Assembly: GCA_934700895.1 (NCBI GenBank)
Contig: CAKUXV010000004.1
Span: 75,765-139,764, forward strand
From: an uncultured Bacilli bacterium
Lineage (GTDB): Bacteria > Bacillota_I > Bacilli_A > RFN20 > CAG-826
Direction of reading: 5' to 3'
DNA: 64,000 bases
Below the pieces are notes generated by a model that saw only the letters and a program-made list of their open reading frames with translations, searched no databases and had not been told where the DNA came from. Of the stretch, positions 47,704 to 57,048 are shown one piece after another. The position numbers were made by a program, and so were the translations under genes. Each line of letters opens with the position of its first letter. Positions within the stretch are counted from its first letter, which is position 1.

Positions 47704-49534
47704 GCTGTGTTTCCACCAATTCGCGGTAGACAGGGGAGCGGGAAAGCAGTTCTTCGTGGTTCCCTTGGTCTAGAATTTTTCCATCATCGAGAATCAGGAT
47801 TTTGTCACAGTCTTTGATGGACAAAATACGTTGGGCAACAATGAATTTAGTGACGTCTGGAATTTCCGTGCGGAAAGCCGCACGAATCAAGGCGTCCGTA
47901 TGCGTATCCACGGCAGACGTGGAGTCGTCTAGAATCAAAATCTTAGGATTTTTAAGCAAAGCTCTAGCGATGCAAAGACGTTGACGTTGCCCGCCGGAAA
48001 CGTTGGTTCCGCCTTCTTCAATCGGGGCGTCATAGCCTTTTGGGAATCCGTTGATGAATTCATCCGCGCAGGCGATATGACATGCATGCTCGATTTGTTC
48101 TTGGGTGGCGGATTCGTTGCCCCAAAGCAAATTGGAACGAATCGTGCCGGTGAACAAGACGTTTTTTTGCAAAACAACCGCGACCGCATCACGCAACGTT
48201 TTTAAGTCGTATTCTTTGACGTTATGCCCGCCGACAAGGACTTCTCCTTCTCCGTCTTTTACATCATATAAACGCGCGATTAAGGAAATTAACGTGGATT
48301 TAGAGGAACCCGTTGCACCGATGATACCAACTGTAGAACCGCTAGGAATATGAACGTCCACATCATGGAGAACGTCTTTATCGCCGTCTTCAAAATATTT
48401 GAAGTTCACGTGGTTGAAGTCCACCGCGCCATTAGGAACCTCCATCAAGGCGTTTTCCGGTGAAGTGATGGTTGGTTTTTCGATCAAAACTTCGTAAATG
48501 CGCTCCGCCGAGTTGCGGCTAATCGTAATCATGACGAAACACATCGAAATCATGTTAAGCGCGTTGAGAATCTGCATCGCATAGCTAAACATCGAAGTGA
48601 GTTCGCCCGTACGGAAGGAGCCAACCCCTCCCGTCGCAACGATGATCTTCGCGCCAAACCAAGACAACGCAAGCATGGCAGCGTAAACAGATAGCTGCAT
48701 AGCCGGGCTATTGAAAGCAAGAATGTGCTCAGCATGGGTAAACCCTCGATAAATAAAGTAGGAAACGTTGCCAAACTTCTCGTTTTCGAAATCTTCACGG
48801 CCGAAGGATTTAACAACACGGATGCCGTTAAGGTTTTCTTGAACGGAGGCGTTCAAATCATCGTAGGCGTTGAAGACGCGGACAAAAGTCGGATGAACAA
48901 TCGCCGAAATGCCAAATAAAACCGCGCCTAAGAAGGGAATAATGGCTAAGAAAATAAGAGCCAAATGCCATTCCGTTATTGCTGCCATTGTTAAAGCAAA
49001 AACCATCATAAACGGGGCGCGGACCACCATACGTAGGATCATTTGGACCGAGTTCTGAACGTTGGACACGTCCGTCGTCATACGAGTAACGAGGGATGCG
49101 GTGGAGAACTTATCGATATTCGCGAATGAATAGTCCTGAATCTTGTAATACATCTCTTGGCGGAGATTCTTGCCGAAACCTGCGCTGGCTTTGGCAGCGC
49201 AGAATCCTGCAAACACACCCGATGTGCAGCTAACGAGGGCCAGCCCCATCATAATGCCACACCATAAGCCTAGCGAATTCCAGTTTAACGGAGCATCGGC
49301 AGCATCTTGAATCACGTTCACTGCACTTTGGGCGAAGAAGGCGATTAAGACTTCACAAATAACCTCAATTGCCACCAAAAACCATGCAAAACCCACTTCT
49401 TTTCCATATCCATGCAGATATTTAAGCAAGCGACGAGTCGCATGATATTCCTTTGCTTTTCTTATTTCTTCTTCGCTTTTTCGTTTGCCTTCCTCTATGA
49501 GGCGGCGTTCACTATCACTTATCACTCTCTTCAT
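47675..49534 (-). CDS. ABC exporter half-transporter (TMD-NBD), subunit 1 of a heterodimeric exporter
   Basis: NBD Walker A 'GATGSSKST', signature 'VSGGQRQRL' and Walker B 'ILILDDSTSAVD'. Sits downstream of a MarR gene. Confidence 0.8.
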   Translation of the reverse strand: MKRVISDSERRLIEEGKRKSEEEIRKAKEYHATRRLLKYLHGYGKEVGFAWFLVAIEVICEVLIAFFAQSAVNVIQDAADAPLNWNSLGLWCGIMMGLALVSCTSGVFAGFCAAKASAGFGKNLRQEMYYKIQDYSFANIDKFSTASLVTRMTTDVSNVQNSVQMILRMVVRAPFMMVFALTMAAITEWHLALIFLAIIPFLGAVLFGISAIVHPTFVRVFNAYDDLNASVQENLNGIRVVKSFGREDFENEKFGNVSYFIYRGFTHAEHILAFNSPAMQLSVYAAMLALSWFGAKIIVATGGVGSFRTGELTSMFSYAMQILNALNMISMCFVMITISRNSAERIYEVLIEKPTITSPENALMEVPNGAVDFNHVNFKYFEDGDKDVLHDVDVHIPSGSTVGIIGATGSSKSTLISLIARLYDVKDGEGEVLVGGHNVKEYDLKTLRDAVAVVLQKNVLFTGTIRSNLLWGNESATQEQIEHACHIACADEFINGFPKGYDAPIEEGGTNVSGGQRQRLCIARALLKNPKILILDDSTSAVDTHTDALIRAAFRTEIPDVTKFIVAQRILSIKDCDKILILDDGKILDQGNHEELLSRSPVYRELVETQLGGGDFDAE

Positions 49535-50024
49535 GGAGAACCTCCTCTGCGTTGAGTTTTACAACATCTAACAGTTTCTCTAATGTGGCTTGTTCATTAA
49601 AGCTTAAATGGGCGACGAGTCTTTCTTCGTATTGTTCGATAATGCGGTTGGCTTTCTCTTCGTGCGCCCGACCTTTGGCCGTTAGGACAATTCTTCTTTG
49701 CCGACGATCCTCTTCTGCTTTTTGATAAACCAAATAGCCAGAAGAAACGAGAGACTTGATGAGTTCGGAGACGCTCGATTTCGATAAACCAAAGGATAAT
49801 TGGATATCTGCGGCCCCCGCTTCCGGGTGACGGTAAAGGTATCCCAATAATCTTCCCTGCTGGGTAGTGATTTCATCTCCCATGTGAGCAGCAATCCACG
49901 CTTCCATACCGTGACGAATGCATTTCGCAGTTTTCGAGATGGCTAGTCCAAGATTATTTTCTTCTTTTTCCATAGTTAAAATTCCATTTCGTTCGTTAAC
50001 GAACTTTATTTTCGCTAAATTCAT
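49515..50024 (-). CDS. MarR-family transcriptional regulator
   Basis: wHTH '...RLLGYLYRHPEAGAADIQLSFGLSKSSVSELIKSLVSSGYL...' upstream of, and overlapping, the ABC exporter pair. The true start may be the internal 'MEKEEN'. Confidence 0.7.
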   Translation of the reverse strand: MNLAKIKFVNERNGILTMEKEENNLGLAISKTAKCIRHGMEAWIAAHMGDEITTQQGRLLGYLYRHPEAGAADIQLSFGLSKSSVSELIKSLVSSGYLVYQKAEEDRRQRRIVLTAKGRAHEEKANRIIEQYEERLVAHLSFNEQATLEKLLDVVKLNAEEVLHEESDK

Positions 50025-50055
50025 TTTAAATTCAATAGGTAAGGTGAAATTCTTT

Positions 50056-50553
50056 TTAAGAAAGTGCTTTCTTCCAAACTTCTAACAGCTTTTCCAAGGA
50101 CCAAGCTGCATTGGCTGGGCTTGTTGATGGAAGGGTAATGATTTCAATATTGGAAGGGATACTTTGATAGCGGTAGAAACAAGATTCGGATTTCTTTCCG
50201 TTCAAAATAATACGATGAATGGGCGCCTTTTTAAGGAATTCCTGGATATTGGAAGGAACGACATTCCGAATTGAGGAATCGCTACTCCCCACGATATCGC
50301 ATTCTTCAATCGCGTCATAAAGAGCAATGTGATGTCGCTTGCATAAGTCCGTTTTGATACCGATGTCTTGACTAAAATCCTCTCCGTAAATAGCAAAAAG
50401 CAAAGGCCAAAAGCGATTCATTGGATGACCGTAAAAGAAATTTTGCTTGCGGGACAAGACACTAGGAAAGGATCCCAAAATCAAAATTTCCGAATCCGGA
50501 AATAGCAAAGGGCCGAACCCATGACTAGCATGTGCCGCGGTCTTGGATGCCAT
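50056..50553 (-). CDS. Uracil-DNA-glycosylase-superfamily protein (Mug/TDG-like or deoxyinosine glycosylase-like)
   Basis: Motifs 'GSFPS...S' and 'YGHPMNRFW' resemble family-2 UDG (Mug 'GINPG' and 'HPxNRFW'). Confidence 0.6.
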   Translation of the reverse strand: MASKTAAHASHGFGPLLFPDSEILILGSFPSVLSRKQNFFYGHPMNRFWPLLFAIYGEDFSQDIGIKTDLCKRHHIALYDAIEECDIVGSSDSSIRNVVPSNIQEFLKKAPIHRIILNGKKSESCFYRYQSIPSNIEIITLPSTSPANAAWSLEKLLEVWKKALS

Positions 50554-51499
50554 GTAAAACCCTCATCAGCTGTTCTTTGGTATGTGTTTTAGTCGCGATT
50601 TCGTTTCTAATTTTCTTATAACCGGGAAATCCAGAGAAGAAATGAGGGATAATTCCGCGAAGTTCACGCACGCCAACAATTTCGCCTTTTTGTTCCATCA
50701 CTTTGTTCGCTAAATCCTCCGCCCAAATAGCCTGTTGAATGACACCTGGTGATGGAAGCAATTCACCCGTATCTAAATAGTGGTTAATTTGAGTAACGAG
50801 GTAAGGATTTCCAACCCCTCCTCTAGCCACCATCACACAGTCAGCCCCTGTGATATCAATCGCCTCTTTTGCCTTTTGGGGAGTGAAGATATCTCCAGAA
50901 ACGCAGAAGGGAATTTTGATATGATTTTTCATATCGGAAATCGCATGATAATCGGCTTCACCCGTATACCCTTGAGCTTTGGTTCTACAGTGAATGGTTA
51001 AGAAGGAAACTCCAGCTCTTTCTAACGCTTCAGCAACCTCATAAACATTAATGGAATTTTCATCCCATCCAAGACGGATTTTCGCACTGACGGGTTTGGT
51101 GGATACGCGGCAGATTTCTTTCATGTATTCTTCTAGAGCAACGGGGTCCTTCAGCCAAGCAGATCCCGCCCCTGTTTTAGTCACCTTAAAAACTGGGCAA
51201 CCCAAGTTAATATCCAGCATGTCAAAATCCGCGCATTTTTCGATTATCTCGATTGCTTTAACGGCGTTTTGCGCGGAAAAACCAAATAATTGCAACCCTA
51301 CTGGCCGATCGAGTTTCGAAGTTTGAAGATACTCAAAGGTTCGCGCGTTCCCATAATCGATGCCGCAATCAGAAATCATTTCGCTATAACTTAGCCCAAC
51401 TCCAAACGCCTTCATAAAATCACGGTAGGCAAGCGTGGTGACCCCAGCCATCGGTCCTAAAATTACATGGCCCTGAATTTCAATGTTTTTAATCTTCAT
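50525..51499 (-). CDS. dus: tRNA-dihydrouridine synthase (DusB-like)
   Basis: N-terminal 'ILGPMAGVTTLAYRDFMKAFGV', FMN TIM barrel and a conserved Cys region. Confidence 0.85.
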   Translation of the reverse strand: MKIKNIEIQGHVILGPMAGVTTLAYRDFMKAFGVGLSYSEMISDCGIDYGNARTFEYLQTSKLDRPVGLQLFGFSAQNAVKAIEIIEKCADFDMLDINLGCPVFKVTKTGAGSAWLKDPVALEEYMKEICRVSTKPVSAKIRLGWDENSINVYEVAEALERAGVSFLTIHCRTKAQGYTGEADYHAISDMKNHIKIPFCVSGDIFTPQKAKEAIDITGADCVMVARGGVGNPYLVTQINHYLDTGELLPSPGVIQQAIWAEDLANKVMEQKGEIVGVRELRGIIPHFFSGFPGYKKIRNEIATKTHTKEQLMRVLHGIQDRGTC

Positions 51500-52275
51500 A
51501 AATTGGAAACTCCTTCCGTGTTATTATCAAGTATCTGCATCAAGCTATCCGGTAAACTTTGTCTTAAGATTTGTCGTACTTCCTCCTCCACTTTTCTTCT
51601 TTTGGCATAAGTAAGTAAAGTCGAATAATTGCATTCATATTTTTGAAGCATTCCAACCAAAATCGGTTCTAGGTCCACCCCGTAATAGAAATGTTTTATC
51701 GTCCGATCCGCAAGCAAATCAACCACATACTTTTCTAGTCGTAAGGAACCATCCTTATTCACAGGAGATTTTGAAAACAACTTTTTAACGATGATTGACG
51801 AATTTTCAAAGTACATTTCTAGGTCGTGTTCTTTGGGTTCGACCATCACGTTTCTGCCAAACTTATGGTGGAGCGAATAATAGAGGGAAAAGGTGTTTTC
51901 CTTATCGATTTCAAGAATCGTCGCATCAGGCCCGCCAGGCATGGAGAGGAGTTCATCGATCCATGAAGTTTGGTAAATGCATAAAGAGGAATAAGGAAAA
52001 CCTTGCTTGGAGAGTTCTAATATTTTTTTATTTTTCGCAGACAGTTCAGTTTGGAAAGTTTCCAAAATTCTTTTTCGAAATAAGCCGTACCCGATACTCG
52101 TAATTTCGTGTCTAGACACCAGTTCTCCAATAACCCATAAACAGCTATTTGGGGAATAGTCCGGGAAAACACGGTAGACCAAATCGTAAAGTTGATCTTT
52201 GGAATAGATGCCCTGCCCCATTAAATCTAGGACGTTTTGGTACCCTAAGTTTCCCATAGTCAAATTATAAAACAA
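51496..52275 (-). CDS. Hypothetical protein (259 aa)
   Basis: Intact ORF overlapping the dus start by 4 nt. No motif recognised. Confidence 0.5.
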   Translation of the reverse strand: MFYNLTMGNLGYQNVLDLMGQGIYSKDQLYDLVYRVFPDYSPNSCLWVIGELVSRHEITSIGYGLFRKRILETFQTELSAKNKKILELSKQGFPYSSLCIYQTSWIDELLSMPGGPDATILEIDKENTFSLYYSLHHKFGRNVMVEPKEHDLEMYFENSSIIVKKLFSKSPVNKDGSLRLEKYVVDLLADRTIKHFYYGVDLEPILVGMLQKYECNYSTLLTYAKRRKVEEEVRQILRQSLPDSLMQILDNNTEGVSNL

Positions 52276-53077
52276 TGAAGTTTATATAAAAAGCCATTTT
52301 TTAAAATAGTGGCTTATTATATAAAAATGAGTTCTTTTAATATTCAAGTATTCTTCGGTATTTTTTCAAAAGGAATGTTTAATTCTATCAAATTGGTAAT
52401 TTTCTGATTTCTAGATTACTTATTTGGGTCTAATTCTTTTGTTTTCTATGGGTTTAAACCTTTATGAAAATCATTTTCACGCTTTCATATTTCTAGATTA
52501 GTTTCCACGTTTCACCTTTCTCTCGCCTTGGTATTTTTTGAGAACGATCTCCTTTTGATTTTCTTAATAGCCCAAAAGGGAACATAACCTAAACATATTT
52601 ACCAAACCGGCAAAAATGAATTCTAAAATTACATTCGAGTTTCCATTTCGTATTTACCGGGCGGGTTTCTTTAACACCAAACAACTGGATTAAACACTAT
52701 TCGTTCCCCCTATCTTATAAGGCTTTATTGTCTTTCCTTCTATTCACGATTTTTAACTTCAATTCGAAGCAAAAATTGGCCATTTTCGGCTCTTTCCAAA
52801 TCAAACAAACAGTCTGTTTTTAGGCTCGTAGGGACGTTTTACGAGTTTTACGTAGAAATATACGTCCTATACCAGTTTTGCAAAACTGAGGCTTTATTTA
52901 GCTTTTTTTATTTTCCAAAGAGACACTCGTTTTCCGCCCTTCATAACCCCTTCAAGAGACGTTTGGCAGCAGGAGGTTTATTAGGAGGTTTAATCTCTCG
53001 CGTATTCTGTTTTGCCCCCTAAAAACGGTTTATCAGGCTAGCCACAACGAATCTCTTAACACCTCTTAAACCTTACA

Positions 53078-53107
53078 TATAAAAACCCCGCGCACGAGGC
53101 ACGGGGC
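53078..53107 (-). terminator. Rho-independent terminator downstream of ftsH
   Basis: Minus-strand CCCCGTGC-CTCGT-GCGCGGGG followed by TTTTTATAT. Confidence 0.6.
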
Positions 53108-53125
53108 ATGACGATGAAGGGGAGA

Positions 53126-55393
53126 TTATTTTGTTTCCGCTTTGCCGTCAGAAGGTTTTTCGGATTTCTTTTCCGTGGATTCTTCCTTCTTGTCAGAAGA
53201 CTCCTCCGCAGGTTCCTCCTTCTTATCAGAAGGCGTTTCAGCTTCAATGGCAGGCTTAACTTTCGTTTCAACCTTCACGCTTCCTAAATGGGAAGTATCT
53301 TCTGGCAAATAACCATTCTTGCAAAGGAATTCGATTTCTTCGGCCGTGATGGTTTCTTTTTCGAGCAAACGGTTCGCAACAAGGATGACTTGATCCTTGT
53401 ACTGCAAGAGAACCTTTTCGGCGTTTTTATGGGCTTCATCAATGATTTGGCGGACCGCCTTATCAATTTCATAAGCCACTTGGGTCGAGAAGTTCTTTTG
53501 GGTGTTCGCATAGTCGCGACCAAGGAAGACCGAACCCGTATTCTTTTCATATTGAATGGGACCAAGTTCAGACATACCGAATTCGGTGACCATCAAACGG
53601 GCCAAACGAGTCGCTTCTTCGATATCATTCGAGGCACCGGTAGAAACATCCTGGAAGAAGATTTCTTCGGAGGTACGTCCACCAAGCAATCCCGTGATTT
53701 GGGCGATGAGTTCGTTCTTCGTCATGAGGAAACGGTCATCTTCCGGGGTCATTAAGACGTGACCACCGGTATTTCCGCGAGGAACAATCGTGATTTTCTG
53801 CACTTTTTCACTGTAGGGCAAATTGATGCCGATAACCGCGTGCCCCGCTTCGTGGTAAGCAACTTGTTTCCGTTCTTTTTCCGACATGCCTTTGCTGGAT
53901 TTAGCAGGTCCGGCGATGCGGCGATCAATCGCCTCATCGATTTCGGCCAAACCAATCGTCGGTCTATTGCTACGAACGGCAAGGATGGCCGCATCGTTTA
54001 AAACGCTATCGATATCCGCGCCCGAGAAGCCAACCGTGCGCTTAGCAAGCGCCTTGAAGTCCACTTCGGGGTCAATATTCTTTCCACGCGCGTGAACCTT
54101 AAAGATGGCTTCACGTCCCGAGCAATCCGGCAAGGAGACCGTAATCGTACGGTCGAAACGTCCAGCACGACGAAGCGCGGGGTCCAAGACGTCGTCGCGG
54201 TTCGTCGCGGCAATGACTAAAATTCCGGAATTAGCTTCAAAGCCGTCCATTTCAACAAGCAACTGGTTCAACGTTTGTTCGCGTTCGTCGTTTCCCCCGC
54301 CTAATCCAGCGCCTCTTTGACGACCAACCGCGTCGATTTCATCAATGAAGATTAAGCACGGAGCCGTGGCTTTGGCTTGTTTGAAGAGGTCACGGACACG
54401 TCCGGCACCAACGCCAACGTACATTTCAACGAAATCAGAGCCAGAAATGCTATAGAAGGGGACGCCCGCTTCTCCAGCAACGGCTTTAGCAAGCAACGTT
54501 TTACCGGTGCCAGGCGGGCCGATAAGGAGGACGCCTTTGGGCAAACGGGCACCGAATTTGGCATATTTCTTTGGGTCTTTCAAATAGCCGACCAATTCGA
54601 CCATTTCGGCTTTTTCTTCGTCGCATCCCGCAACGTCGTCGAATTTCACTTTCGTGTTATCCGCACGACGCGCCGGCGATTTATTAAAGGACATGATGCC
54701 GTTTTGTCCTGCTCCCATGCTATTAAGACGGGAGAAGAGGAAGAAGGCAACGCCGATGACGATTAAGGAAGAAAGGATCGTCGGCCCCCAGGTGTCTAAC
54801 CAAGAGACTTCGAAGGCATCTTTGACGTTGAAATAAACGACGTCTTGCTTATTGGCGAAGGTTGGATCGCTGGTCTTGGCTTGTTCCAAGCGGGAAGCAA
54901 AGATCGAAGAATAGGAAAGGTGGGTGGCCGTGACCGTCCCGTAAACGGGGGTGAGGGTTCCGGTTCCGTCATCTTCGGTTCCGATTTCGCCCGTATAGTC
55001 TGCTAAGAAGGCATTGTTCCATTTCTCGGCTTCGATGCGAACGTTGAAGGCGAAGCTGCGATCGGCTTCGTTGAGGTAATAACCGCTGACCACGACGGCT
55101 TTGTAGCTTTCCGAAACCGTGTATTGGTAGACGCGGCGCTTGTTCGCTTTGTATTCTTCATAGCTCAACGCTTCGGTGGAAAGAAGATATTCATCCTTTT
55201 TTCCATCTCCGTCCGAATCCCTTTGTGTCAAACCAACGCCCATGTATTTATCAAGGACGGAGGCGGCCCAGGTTTCGGACCGGTTGAAAAGCGGTTTGAT
55301 CGCCACAAACGTGATGATGCTGATGAGGGCTAAAATCAAAAGCATCGGAATGAAATTTCTAAAACCATTTCGTTTTTGCTGTCCATCATTCAT
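53126..55393 (-). CDS. ftsH: ATP-dependent zinc metalloprotease FtsH
   Basis: Two TM segments, AAA+ Walker A 'GPPGTGKT', SRH, the zinc-binding 'HEAGH', and a Lys/Glu-rich C-terminal tail. Confidence 0.9.
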   Translation of the reverse strand: MNDGQQKRNGFRNFIPMLLILALISIITFVAIKPLFNRSETWAASVLDKYMGVGLTQRDSDGDGKKDEYLLSTEALSYEEYKANKRRVYQYTVSESYKAVVVSGYYLNEADRSFAFNVRIEAEKWNNAFLADYTGEIGTEDDGTGTLTPVYGTVTATHLSYSSIFASRLEQAKTSDPTFANKQDVVYFNVKDAFEVSWLDTWGPTILSSLIVIGVAFFLFSRLNSMGAGQNGIMSFNKSPARRADNTKVKFDDVAGCDEEKAEMVELVGYLKDPKKYAKFGARLPKGVLLIGPPGTGKTLLAKAVAGEAGVPFYSISGSDFVEMYVGVGAGRVRDLFKQAKATAPCLIFIDEIDAVGRQRGAGLGGGNDEREQTLNQLLVEMDGFEANSGILVIAATNRDDVLDPALRRAGRFDRTITVSLPDCSGREAIFKVHARGKNIDPEVDFKALAKRTVGFSGADIDSVLNDAAILAVRSNRPTIGLAEIDEAIDRRIAGPAKSSKGMSEKERKQVAYHEAGHAVIGINLPYSEKVQKITIVPRGNTGGHVLMTPEDDRFLMTKNELIAQITGLLGGRTSEEIFFQDVSTGASNDIEEATRLARLMVTEFGMSELGPIQYEKNTGSVFLGRDYANTQKNFSTQVAYEIDKAVRQIIDEAHKNAEKVLLQYKDQVILVANRLLEKETITAEEIEFLCKNGYLPEDTSHLGSVKVETKVKPAIEAETPSDKKEEPAEESSDKKEESTEKKSEKPSDGKAETK

Positions 55394-55499
55394 GTTGAAG
55401 CTCCTTTCTATTTATATCTTTATTCTTGCACGCGGATTTTCCGCTAGTGCAACATTACACGGGTTTTCATCCCCGTCAATCAAAACACAACTAATTTTG

Positions 55500-56756
55500 T
55501 TATTTTGTTTCTTGTGGCAAATGCAAACGGAGGATTGAAGTATGGTATTCCCGGAAATCCATCGCATAACGGGGGACGTAGATGATTTTTCCATCTTTAT
55601 TAATAAATACGGGCCAAATCTCACGAATAGCCGTCGGCATTTTCCACATGGAATAGGCTTTGCGAACGTTTTGGAGATAGCCGTGGACAACATAGCTATC
55701 TTGGGGCAAGGCCGTGCGAATCGTTAAAGGGTAATCCGCTTCGGTGATGCCGCGATCTTCCGCGCCCATCGAGAAATCGAGGTCGAATTGCTCCGTGGAT
55801 AACTTGCCGGGTTTCTCTAACGTATAGGTATAGGGGAGAAGGCTCGGGTTATGGCCAAGGAGGACGATATCGTATTCCTTTAATAAATAAGCGTCTCCTT
55901 TAAGGTGATACGCTCCGTTAGGTTTAGGAGAAAGCATGAAAGCGCGGAGTTCCTCCACGTCTTTGGCGCTTAAAACAATAGAAGCGTCCGCGCGTGCGAC
56001 GAAACTCGCCAAGGTCGCAACGAATTCATCGCGAGGCAAAGCAAGCAACGCACGGATTTCGAGTTCTTCGCCATCATCGATCCGTTGCTTGATTTCGTTG
56101 CGGAGCAAGATGATGTTCGATTTCTTGGCGATCATCTCATCCAAAATCTGAGCGCGTTCCACTTCGTTTAAATTGGCAATCCGTTTACGGATTTCACTGC
56201 GGATGAATTCGGATTCTGCTTTTTCGCTATTGCTGGAATAGGGGACGTGATTCTCTTCGTTATATTCGAGCAAGTCTTGATGGGTGAAGTGGAGCAAGGG
56301 GCGGATGACCATCATGCCGGCAACTTCCTGCATCGGGGACAAGGCGTATCCTCCTGATTTTTCCATGCCTTCTTTTTCCATCAAATAGGATTCGATGACA
56401 TCATCTTGTTGATGGGCGACGAATAGACCGCTCGCGTGATGTTTGGCATATTGTTCTTGGAAGAAAGCATAACGAATCTTTCTCGCCCAAAGTTTAAAGT
56501 CCGTGTCTTCTTTTTGTTTGGATTCTTCCGGCAAGGCATCGCAATCCAAATATTCCATTTCAAGTCCGGCCTTCTTGCAATAGTCAGCCAAGGAAGCCGC
56601 ATCATCATTAGAAGTGGCAAAAAGGTGGTAGTTGATGCAACAGACAATGGGTTTCCCACCCTTTTTCTGAACCATATCAAGCAACGCCATGGAGTCGGGT
56701 CCATAGGTGCAGGCAATCAAATAGGTGGCCTTCGGGTCAAATTTAAAATTCAACAT
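55500..56756 (-). CDS. tilS: tRNA(Ile)-lysidine synthetase
   Basis: Start chosen at 'MLNFKFDPKATYLIACTYGPDSMALL' (PP-loop SGGxDS-like). Conserved position upstream of ftsH. Confidence 0.8.
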   Translation of the reverse strand: MLNFKFDPKATYLIACTYGPDSMALLDMVQKKGGKPIVCCINYHLFATSNDDAASLADYCKKAGLEMEYLDCDALPEESKQKEDTDFKLWARKIRYAFFQEQYAKHHASGLFVAHQQDDVIESYLMEKEGMEKSGGYALSPMQEVAGMMVIRPLLHFTHQDLLEYNEENHVPYSSNSEKAESEFIRSEIRKRIANLNEVERAQILDEMIAKKSNIILLRNEIKQRIDDGEELEIRALLALPRDEFVATLASFVARADASIVLSAKDVEELRAFMLSPKPNGAYHLKGDAYLLKEYDIVLLGHNPSLLPYTYTLEKPGKLSTEQFDLDFSMGAEDRGITEADYPLTIRTALPQDSYVVHGYLQNVRKAYSMWKMPTAIREIWPVFINKDGKIIYVPRYAMDFREYHTSILRLHLPQETK

Positions 56757-57027
56757 CGTGATTCTCCTTTCGCTCTTCAAGGCGGTCTTCGAGCACTTCG
56801 TAAAGGGAAGATGCCGTCTGCTTATTCGCATAAGAGCGGATTTCTAAGACCTTCACTTTGAGGTGATGACGACCGAGTTCGAGTTCTAAAACGTCTCCCC
56901 CGTTCACCTCGCTCGATGGCTTGGATACCTTCCCATTGGTTTTCACCGCGCCGAAGTCACAAAGCTCCTTCGCCGTTTCTCTTCGCTTCACCAATCGGGA
57001 CACTTTCAAAAATTTATCCAAACGCAT
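56743..57027 (-). CDS. yabO: S4-domain RNA-binding protein (YabO/Hsp15-like)
   Basis: 94 aa 'MRLDKFLKVSRLVKRRETAKELCDFGAVKTNGKV', a canonical S4 domain; lies between mfd and tilS as in Bacillus. Confidence 0.75.
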   Translation of the reverse strand: MRLDKFLKVSRLVKRRETAKELCDFGAVKTNGKVSKPSSEVNGGDVLELELGRHHLKVKVLEIRSYANKQTASSLYEVLEDRLEERKENHDVEF

Positions 57028-57048
57028 GAAGAAAGTTTATCACAATAC

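Noticed and set aside
52276-53077. ORF-free 800 bp considered as RNase P RNA, SRP RNA or an rRNA fragment
   Set aside because: No conserved RNase P (GGAAAGUCCGG...), SRP domain IV or rRNA motifs were seen, so it is left as an unexplained noncoding region in the findings.
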